NCBI RefSeq assembly: GCF_000341395.1 | Contig: NC_020304.1 | Span: forward strand, 1,350,001-1,382,000 | Length of the DNA stretch: 32,000 nucleotides | From: Desulfocapsa sulfexigens DSM 10523 | GTDB taxonomy: Bacteria; Desulfobacterota; Desulfobulbia; Desulfobulbales; Desulfocapsaceae | Direction of reading: 5' to 3' | In this document: piece after piece, positions 8,546 to 16,410 of the stretch | Layout: each line of letters opens with the position of its first letter | Numbering within the stretch: the first letter of the stretch is position 1 | Made by a program: the position numbers and the translations under genes | Notes under the pieces: generated by a model | What the model was told of the DNA's origin: nothing | The model's database searches: none | The model's input: only the letters and a program-made list of their open reading frames with translations

Positions 8546-9133
8546 ATGAATGACAAGAGCAAATTAAGTCTTTTGGAACAGTCGAGGATTTCTTTTGAAG
8601 ATCTAAGGATGAAACAATCTGTTCGGACTACATTCAAATTGCCAGAGGAAGTTATTGCCTTACTTGGCATAATTGCAGCTCAGTTGGGTATTAAACAGAA
8701 ATCTCTTCTCGACCAGTTAACTGAAGATTCCAGATTGCTCTTTAAGTTAGCCAAAGAGGTGAATACAACCACCAGTGGCAAAGAAAAGCGCCAGGCGAAG
8801 ACGTTTGTAATCAGTAGAAGTTCTCTGAACTCAATTAACGAGGTGGCTAAAAAGCAGAAGGTTCCTCGAGATATACTTGTGGAAATATCTATAAAACGAT
8901 TGTTGCCAATTATTGAAGGAGAACTCGAAAAACACATTAAGAGAAAGCAGATCCTTGAGGAAATGAAAGAGTTCGTTGAGCAAGGTGAAACACTTCGAGA
9001 TCAAGCCAGACAGGCGCTAGGTGAAAATGACGATATTTATGAGATGATTGATGGACAGATCCAATTGGCTAAGAAAAATCTCACGACAGTCAAAGGTATA
9101 ATAAAGAAAGGGATGCCCATGGAAGATTGGTAA
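8546..9133 (+). CDS. Uncharacterised 195-aa protein with two ribbon-helix-helix-like segments
   Basis: SVRTTFKLPEEVIALLGIIAAQLGIKQKSLLDQL resembles RHH/CopG; a second similar segment is AKTFVISRSSLNSINEVAKKQKVPRDILVEISIKRL; acidic coiled-coil-like tail. Confidence 0.7.
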   Translation: MNDKSKLSLLEQSRISFEDLRMKQSVRTTFKLPEEVIALLGIIAAQLGIKQKSLLDQLTEDSRLLFKLAKEVNTTTSGKEKRQAKTFVISRSSLNSINEVAKKQKVPRDILVEISIKRLLPIIEGELEKHIKRKQILEEMKEFVEQGETLRDQARQALGENDDIYEMIDGQIQLAKKNLTTVKGIIKKGMPMEDW

Positions 9134-9280
9134 GATTTGGCGTGTTGCTCTTGATAGCCAGTGATAGGGTATAGTAATACAAAATTAAACTATACGATAC
9201 TTTTCCATTATGTTATAAATCAATAATTTAATTGATTATATAATGCCTGTTTTGGTTACGATGATTTCCAAGGAATAGGG

Positions 9281-12200
9281 ATGCCCAACAATAGCCAGGA
9301 ATTTCTTGCCCGTTGTCTCTTGTTTGATATTGAAACAAATGAGAACGGTGAGATATATGCCTTGGGCGCGTCTTTTAGTGGCAAAAAGTTTAATACCCGA
9401 CAAGGGCAGAAGGTAACGCTCCACCAACTGGCAGAGTTTGACGATTTTGGTCGCAATGCTGAGTTTGTTGTTGGCCACAATGTCCTGGCACATGATATCC
9501 CATTTCTTCGTGAACAAGATTCTTCACTGTCAATCCTGCAGAAGCCGGTAATTGATACTCTTTATCTTTCCCCTTTGGCTTTTCCAGAAAATCCCTATCA
9601 TCGATTAGTTAAAAATTACCAGATAGTCAGAGACAGTATCAACGATCCTGCAGAAGATGCTGTGCTGGCTGGCAGGGTCTTTACTGAACAGTGGGATGCC
9701 TTTTCTCAGCGGCTTAAGAGTGGATCTGATGCCCCGTTGATTTACAGAAGTTTTTTTCAAAAGGACGAAAAGTTTGTCGGCACATCTGATGCTCTTGGAG
9801 CAATGGGTGTGCCTCTTATTGAGGAAGATGAACTTTATGAAGTTTTTTCCTGGTTGGTTCAGAAGGATGTCTGTGGGGAAGCTTTGGAAAGACTTGTTGA
9901 TCAACTCGTTGATCAACGAATTGAGCATCCTCCATTAGCCTATGTCACTGCCTGGTTGACAGTTTCCGGGAGTAATTCGGTTCTTCCACCATGGGTCCGG
10001 CATCATTTTCCTGTAGTACCCACTCTCATCCATCAGTTACGAGAACAGCCTTGCAAGAATTCTCAATGTATCTATTGCAGCACAAATCATAACCCCCAGT
10101 TATTTCTAAAGAATTATTTCGGTTTTGAAGATTTCCGGTCACAACCCGCAACCGAGGATGGTCAAAGCCTGCAAGAGGCTATTGTAACAACTGGTGCTCG
10201 CAATTCTACTCTTTTTGCTACGTTACCTACGGGTGGCGGGAAGACTCTTTGTTATCAATTGCCTGCATTGATGCGGTATCGTCGAAGCAATGCATTGACT
10301 GTCGTCATCTCACCTTTGCAGGCCCTGATGAAAGACCAGGTGGACAACTTCACAAAACAGACTGGTAGTACATTGGCCACAGCCATAAATGGTATGCTGA
10401 CCATGCCTGAAAGAGGCGAGATTATGGACGGGGTCAGATTGGGTGATGTGGGGATTCTGTACGTCTCGCCGGAACAGCTGCGCAATAAATCGTTTGTCCA
10501 AACCATTAGTCAACGTGAGATCGGTGCCTGGGTCTTTGATGAAGCGCATTGTCTGTCCAAGTGGGGCCATGACTTCCGTCCTGATTATCTCTACTCTATT
10601 CGTTTTATCAGGGAATTTTCCCAGCAGGAAAAAACGAAAATCCCACCTGTTCAGTGTTTTACTGCCACAGCCAAGAAAGATGTACAATCAGAGATTATCG
10701 ATATTATTGGGCGAGAACTTGGCCTGCGGGTCATTCAATTTGCTGGAGGGCATGAGCGACAGAATCTCCACTATGAAGTATGGCCAGTAGATACCTATGA
10801 AAAGAATCAAACCATCCTGACGCTACTCAAAACCCGGTATGATAACAAAGGTAGTGTGGTCATCTACTGTGCTACCCGTAAGAACACTGAAAACCTGGCT
10901 GAGTTTTTGGCTAATGCAGGCTATACGGTGGAGGCTTTTCATGCTGGCCTTGAACCCTTTGTCAAAAAACGCATCCAAAACGATTTCATTGCTGGCGAAA
11001 TTCCCATTATCTGTGCCACTAACGCCTTTGGTATGGGCATTGACAAAGATGATGTCCGATTGGTCATCCATGCCGATATACCAGGCTCTTTAGAGAACTA
11101 TCTTCAGGAAGCTGGGCGTGCAGGACGAGACCGCAATGAGGCTGAGTGTATCCTGATTTTCACAGAGCAGGACGTTGAGGGCCAGTTTCGCATGAGCAGC
11201 AACTCGCGTTTGACTCAAAGGGAGATCGGTCAGATTTTACGTGGCCTGCGCCATTCTGCCAAGGAAGATGGAAAAGTAGTGTTGACCTCCGGGGAAATTC
11301 TCAGGCTCGGAGTTGTGGACATCGATGAGGATGAATTTGGCCAAGATAGGGATACCAGAGTTAAGACAGCAGTTTCTTGGTTGGAGAGGACAGGCTTTCT
11401 GAATCGAGATGAGAATAACACCAGGGTGTTTCAGGGAAAGCCTCTTGTCCGCAATATTGAAGAAGCCAGGGAGAAGATAGAAGAACTTGATCTTTCCAGC
11501 AGACAACAGAAACGTTGGCTTGCTATTCTTGCTACCCTGATGGAAAGCCCTCCCAGTCAGGGGTTTAGTGCTGACGATCTGGCCTGCCTGACTTCCTTTG
11601 CTCGCACTTCCGATGATCCTGAAAGCGAAACCGAAACTCAACGTGTGTTGCGTACTCTCAACGATATGGCAGAACAGGGCCTGCTCTCAAAAGAGACTAT
11701 CCTCTCAGCCTATGTCCGTTATAAGGTTAAAGGGAGCTCTGAGAAACTACTCAAACGTTTTTGTCAGGTGGAAAAAGATTTTCTGAAAATACTCGAGGAA
11801 ATATCACCAGATGTAGATCTTGATAAAAACCTGGTGATAGATCTCCGGCAGGTCAATCAGCGTCTTATCGACTTGGGCCATGACTATAGTACACCAAGCA
11901 GTTTAAGCCTGGTGCTCCGAGGTTTGAGCCGTGACGGTAAGGGCTTGGCAGGTCAGAGGGGGAGTATCAGTATTAAATCCAGAGGGAATAATCTCTTTTC
12001 CATCATGCTCCACCGGGATTGGGAATCTTTGAAAAAGACGGTAGCCATCCGGCAGCAGGCAGCCCATGTGGCTCTGCAGATTATTCAGGCCCCTTTGACA
12101 GATAAGATCTCTCCCAATGCCTCTCTTCTTTTGGAATTCACTCTTGAGGCAATTGTTGAAGGATTAAAAAGAGATCTGGTCCTCTTTTCTGCACTCAAAG

Positions 12201-14452
12201 ATCCGTTGGCTGCAGCGGAACGAGCTTTAACCTTCATGCATGAGCAGGGGGTGATTGAACTGCAACAAGGGCTGGCGGTGTTCAGGCAGGCTATGACTAT
12301 CACCATCAATCCAGAGTCCAAGGGTAAGCAATACACAAAGGCTAACTTTGAACCGTTAAAGACTCACTACTCAGAAAAGAACTTTCAGGTCCACGTAATA
12401 AATGAGTATGCCAGGTGTGCCATAAATAAGATCAGCGTGGCTATGAACCTGGTGCACTCATACTTTAATGATGAAAAGGAAGAATTTGTAAGCCGCTTTT
12501 TTCCTGGTAAGGAGGAGTTACTGGAAAGAGCTACCAGTGAACAATCGTATCAGCGAATTGTGGAGGATTTAAACAACCGAGCGCAAGAGGAAATTGTCTC
12601 CGCACCAACTGATAATAACGTCTTGATATTGGCTGGACCGGGAGCTGGTAAAACCAGAACAGTGGCACATCGAGTAGCCTTTTTGCTGAGAGTCAAAAGG
12701 GTTCGACCTGAGGCTATTCTAGTGCTCTGTTTTAATCGGAGTGCAGCGATGGGTCTACGCCGAAGACTGCGGGAACTGGTTGGGAAAGAGATGGCTTGGG
12801 TCACAACGCTAACTTTCCATGGTCTGGCCTTGAGACTGACTGGTAGGTCTCTCGTCAGGCAGACAACCGAGGTACCTCAAGAAGGAATTGACTTTTCTCA
12901 AGTCATCCAAGATGCCATTGCCTTACTCAAGGGAGAGTGCGATGTCCTTGGTTTTGTAGATGGTCAACCAAGAGATGAGCTGATGTCCAGATTCAGTCAT
13001 ATTCTTGTAGATGAGTATCAAGATATTGACGAGGAACAGTATGAGTTGGTTTCATTGTTGGCAGGAAGGACTTTAGATGAAAAGGAACAGAAACTGACTA
13101 TCTTGGCAGTTGGGGATGACGATCAAAATATCTATCGATTTCGGGGGGCAAATGTTGATTTTATTCGACGTTTCAAGGCAGATTACAAGGCGAATGTCCA
13201 CTATTTGACCGAAAACTACAGATCCTCGGTGAATATCATAGCAGCAGCCAATGGACTCATTGTTCACAACCAAGATAGGATGAAGACAGAGCATCCTATT
13301 CAAATTAACAGGGCAAGGGCTACATTACCTCCAGGTGGAAACTGGCAACTCAGTGACCAGGTTGGGCAGGGGAAGGTTCAGTGTCTTCATGTCAAAAATA
13401 AGGTCACACAGGCCCTTGTCCTTTTCGAAGAGTTGCAGCGTTTGCAAAGCCTCAGTAGTGATTTTGATTTGAATGGATGTGCAATATTGGCCAGGGAATG
13501 GCAGGAGTTGGATGTCATCCGCTCGGTCTTTGAGGCAGAGGGAATTCCTGTAAGTCTTAATTGGGGCAGGAGTGCCTTCCCAGGTTTGGCACGTATTAGA
13601 GAAAATGCTGACTTATTAACCTTTCTTCACAATTGCAGCTTAGAACAGATTACGGCAAAATCACTTTTGGATCTTCTGCCCGAGAAAGGATTAAACGAAA
13701 ATATTTGGCAGGCGAACTTGAGGACCTTGATTGGTGAGTGGCTGGATGAAACAAACAATACTCCGCAACCGATTGGACGAGTAGAGAGCTACTTTTATGA
13801 GGCTTTGGCGGATCAGCATCGCTCAAGAAATCTGGATAATGGTATCTTTCTTTCCACGGTTCACTCAATAAAGGGATTGGAGTTTGACCATGTCTTTGTT
13901 CTGGATGGCAGTTGGCAGAATAAACTTGGTCCAGAGATGGAAGAAGAGCGCAGGCTTTATTATGTGGCCATGTCCAGAGCCCGAGAGACCTTGCAACTTT
14001 TTGCAATTGAGAATTCGCAGAATCCACATATCAAAACTCTGGATGGTGATTTTCTGATTTCCAGAAGGGTCGTTCCTTCTCACAAGGTTCCGCGAATGGT
14101 TCCGCATTATGAATTACTGGGTATGAAAGATCTTTTTATTGATTTTGCGGGGTTTAAAAAAGAAAATGACCCTACCTGCAGGGTCATTAAGGAACTTAAG
14201 ATGGGAGACAGTCTGACAGTAAGGAGGGGAAACAAGTATCTGCACCTTTTTAATCATGTAGGAATCCCGGTGGCCCGTCTTTCGAAAACGGCCCAGGAAA
14301 GATGGCAAAATCGTTTGAATAGTGTCAGCCAAATAAAGGTTGTTGCTTTGGCCAGACGGTACAAGACGGACATCAAGGATCAGGAATATCAAAAAAGATG
14401 TCAAAGTGACAGTTGGGAAGTACCTATTGTTGAGCTCAGTTATTTTGATTAA
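9281..14452 (+). CDS. Exonuclease-RecQ-UvrD fusion helicase
   Basis: 1723 aa. DEDD-like exonuclease (LLFDIETNENGE, VVGHNVLAHDIPFL, NDPAEDAVLAGRVF); RecQ (LPTGGGKTLCYQLPAL, FDEAHCLSKWGHDFRPDY, ATNAFGMGIDKDDVRLVIH, QEAGRAGRD); UvrD/Rep (ILAGPGAGKTRTVAHRV, ILVDEYQDIDEEQYELV, GDDDQNIYRFRGA, STVHSIKGLEFDHVFV, RRLYYVAMSRARETL). Confidence 0.93.
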   Translation: MPNNSQEFLARCLLFDIETNENGEIYALGASFSGKKFNTRQGQKVTLHQLAEFDDFGRNAEFVVGHNVLAHDIPFLREQDSSLSILQKPVIDTLYLSPLAFPENPYHRLVKNYQIVRDSINDPAEDAVLAGRVFTEQWDAFSQRLKSGSDAPLIYRSFFQKDEKFVGTSDALGAMGVPLIEEDELYEVFSWLVQKDVCGEALERLVDQLVDQRIEHPPLAYVTAWLTVSGSNSVLPPWVRHHFPVVPTLIHQLREQPCKNSQCIYCSTNHNPQLFLKNYFGFEDFRSQPATEDGQSLQEAIVTTGARNSTLFATLPTGGGKTLCYQLPALMRYRRSNALTVVISPLQALMKDQVDNFTKQTGSTLATAINGMLTMPERGEIMDGVRLGDVGILYVSPEQLRNKSFVQTISQREIGAWVFDEAHCLSKWGHDFRPDYLYSIRFIREFSQQEKTKIPPVQCFTATAKKDVQSEIIDIIGRELGLRVIQFAGGHERQNLHYEVWPVDTYEKNQTILTLLKTRYDNKGSVVIYCATRKNTENLAEFLANAGYTVEAFHAGLEPFVKKRIQNDFIAGEIPIICATNAFGMGIDKDDVRLVIHADIPGSLENYLQEAGRAGRDRNEAECILIFTEQDVEGQFRMSSNSRLTQREIGQILRGLRHSAKEDGKVVLTSGEILRLGVVDIDEDEFGQDRDTRVKTAVSWLERTGFLNRDENNTRVFQGKPLVRNIEEAREKIEELDLSSRQQKRWLAILATLMESPPSQGFSADDLACLTSFARTSDDPESETETQRVLRTLNDMAEQGLLSKETILSAYVRYKVKGSSEKLLKRFCQVEKDFLKILEEISPDVDLDKNLVIDLRQVNQRLIDLGHDYSTPSSLSLVLRGLSRDGKGLAGQRGSISIKSRGNNLFSIMLHRDWESLKKTVAIRQQAAHVALQIIQAPLTDKISPNASLLLEFTLEAIVEGLKRDLVLFSALKDPLAAAERALTFMHEQGVIELQQGLAVFRQAMTITINPESKGKQYTKANFEPLKTHYSEKNFQVHVINEYARCAINKISVAMNLVHSYFNDEKEEFVSRFFPGKEELLERATSEQSYQRIVEDLNNRAQEEIVSAPTDNNVLILAGPGAGKTRTVAHRVAFLLRVKRVRPEAILVLCFNRSAAMGLRRRLRELVGKEMAWVTTLTFHGLALRLTGRSLVRQTTEVPQEGIDFSQVIQDAIALLKGECDVLGFVDGQPRDELMSRFSHILVDEYQDIDEEQYELVSLLAGRTLDEKEQKLTILAVGDDDQNIYRFRGANVDFIRRFKADYKANVHYLTENYRSSVNIIAAANGLIVHNQDRMKTEHPIQINRARATLPPGGNWQLSDQVGQGKVQCLHVKNKVTQALVLFEELQRLQSLSSDFDLNGCAILAREWQELDVIRSVFEAEGIPVSLNWGRSAFPGLARIRENADLLTFLHNCSLEQITAKSLLDLLPEKGLNENIWQANLRTLIGEWLDETNNTPQPIGRVESYFYEALADQHRSRNLDNGIFLSTVHSIKGLEFDHVFVLDGSWQNKLGPEMEEERRLYYVAMSRARETLQLFAIENSQNPHIKTLDGDFLISRRVVPSHKVPRMVPHYELLGMKDLFIDFAGFKKENDPTCRVIKELKMGDSLTVRRGNKYLHLFNHVGIPVARLSKTAQERWQNRLNSVSQIKVVALARRYKTDIKDQEYQKRCQSDSWEVPIVELSYFD

Positions 14453-14483
14453 AAATGGGACTGCATCAGGACCTTTTTTTTAT

Positions 14484-14512
14484 AACCTGATTACCATCGA
14501 AACTCAGCTTTG
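14484..14512 (+). repeat. 29-bp inverted repeat, left copy
   Basis: AACCTGATTACCATCGAAACTCAGCTTTG; exact reverse complement at 16273-16301. Confidence 0.9.
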
Positions 14513-14684
14513 CAACCCGGAGCTGTTCCGTGCCCATATAATCAACACGAAACAACTCTTCCTCAGGCGGGTAGGCTGAGGATCAGTGGCAATTGGGTTT
14601 TATAATGTAGAAATGGTTCTCTTCGTATGAACAGTATCTTTTGTTTCTTAAGTGGAATCGCTACTGTTTTCTTACTCTAGCCAT

Positions 14685-16235
14685 TCAGCTCCTTTTCTTG
14701 CCCCCGGAAGCGAGCGTCTGAAACTCAGGACTCGTGATGTCGGTGCGGCCGAGGCACTCTCGCATGTCCTGCACCAGCCGGCGGACGAGTCCCATGGTCG
14801 GGATGGCATTGGCCGCCAGCAGTGATTTTCTGCGTTTGGGAGAGACGACGATGTCGTAAACATCCGCATCCCAACCGCGCTTGGCGTGGATGCTTACGAT
14901 GTCCGCAGCGAGGATGTCGCTGTGCTTTGTTGGGCGCAGGAATGCTTTCTCCGTAATTGCGATTCGCTCCTTTGAAACGAGTGTTATAATTCGGCGCGTG
15001 AAAATTCCTGGGAGGATGGCGGCATTGAAAAGAAAGCCGCTGCCTAAGACGATCCACACAAATACCGTCTTTATATCGAGATCGATAAACAACGTTGCAA
15101 CGAATCCTGCGCCAAGCGCAAAGGTGACAAAGGATTGCCATGCAAGTTTTCTTGCGTTGCGCGCAGCTGGAAAGTGGTATTCGCGACTGCCATCCGCATG
15201 GTCGATGACGTCGATGCGATGGCCATGGAACTCCTCCTTAGTTCCTTGCCTGGAGGGGTGAAAAAGATCGCGTTCAAATGCAAATTCTTTAACGATGATG
15301 GGTTTTTCGTCCGTTTCGAAGATGGGGACCCCAAATGAAGCGCTGTATGTGTGATCCGTTTGAGCTGAGCTAAGTGTCAACGTCCAGCGAATTTCCGTAC
15401 TTCCTGCATTGCCGCTGTTGTCCTGCGTTGCATCTTTTGGGATGTCAAAGAGAACCGGGATCGTGCTTTCGTGAGGATTGTTGGAAGCGATATCCGTGTA
15501 GATCGTTTTTGTCTCTTCCCAAAGAACACGGTAGGAGCCGAGCGATATGCGGTGAGCCTGGTATCCGGATGAGTGATTAAATTTCGAGCAGCGCAGGGTG
15601 AGTGTAAAGCCCATGTCGCTTGCGAGCTTTTGGGAGACGTTGATAAGGCCCATCAGTTCGTCCCCGGGACTTATGGGAATCTGGTTGAGGACAAGGTTGG
15701 ACGATCCTGTCTTTCGTGCACGGAGTGTGTTCTTCAGAGCATCGAATGTAAGGTACAGCGCTCCGAATCCAAAGCCGATTGACATGAGGATGAGGGCGAT
15801 CATAGGATCAACCGGTGGATCGGTAAGGAGTATGCGCGATGATTGAGAAAATGAGTAGCTGTACAGGATAACAGCAGTAGCGCAAATATTGATAACGCTT
15901 GCGTAAAACCAGTATCCCCGCAGGCTGATCGCTTCGTTTTGACGCGATCGGTTCTCGTTCCAATCGACGCGCCAGCGCCACGGTAAGGCGGGGTGAAGGC
16001 GCTTAAGCTCAGCGTTTTTCCGCCTCTCACGGCGCATGGCGATGAATCCCTTGCGCGAAAAAATTACGGCCAGTGCGCACATGATACTTAAGTAGCCAAA
16101 CGTCGCCATGCTTACGAATTGCCCCGACAGCATTGTCATGAGACATGCAATAGCGGAGGCGATGGAGATCCCTGCGAGGATGATAAGGTAGAGGATGTAG
16201 AAAAAGGTGGAGAGGACGATCATCATATGATCCAT
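14685..16235 (-). CDS. Uncharacterised multi-pass membrane protein
   Basis: 516 aa with several hydrophobic segments (IVLSTFFYILYLIILAGISIASAIACLM, YWFYASVINICATAVILYSYSF, DPMIALILMSIGFGFGALYLTF, SFVTFALGAGFVATLF, VFVWIVLGSGFLFNAAIL) and a soluble middle region; visibly more GC-rich than its neighbours. Confidence 0.8.
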   Translation of the reverse strand: MDHMMIVLSTFFYILYLIILAGISIASAIACLMTMLSGQFVSMATFGYLSIMCALAVIFSRKGFIAMRRERRKNAELKRLHPALPWRWRVDWNENRSRQNEAISLRGYWFYASVINICATAVILYSYSFSQSSRILLTDPPVDPMIALILMSIGFGFGALYLTFDALKNTLRARKTGSSNLVLNQIPISPGDELMGLINVSQKLASDMGFTLTLRCSKFNHSSGYQAHRISLGSYRVLWEETKTIYTDIASNNPHESTIPVLFDIPKDATQDNSGNAGSTEIRWTLTLSSAQTDHTYSASFGVPIFETDEKPIIVKEFAFERDLFHPSRQGTKEEFHGHRIDVIDHADGSREYHFPAARNARKLAWQSFVTFALGAGFVATLFIDLDIKTVFVWIVLGSGFLFNAAILPGIFTRRIITLVSKERIAITEKAFLRPTKHSDILAADIVSIHAKRGWDADVYDIVVSPKRRKSLLAANAIPTMGLVRRLVQDMRECLGRTDITSPEFQTLASGGKKRS

Positions 16236-16272
16236 TTACATTTAGAGAAATGCAATTGGGCTAAAAAAGGAA

Positions 16273-16301
16273 CAAAGCTGAGTTTCGATGGTAATCAGGT
16301 T
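16273..16301 (-). repeat. 29-bp inverted repeat, right copy
   Basis: CAAAGCTGAGTTTCGATGGTAATCAGGTT = reverse complement of 14484-14512. Confidence 0.9.
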
Positions 16302-16410
16302 TTTTTTGCCTTCCCGCTTTGCCAGGGGCAATCGACTTTTAATTCATAACGAAATCTCTTTTTCCACCCTACCTCATAGCACCTCTATTTTACCAGAGAA
16401 AGCAGCATGA

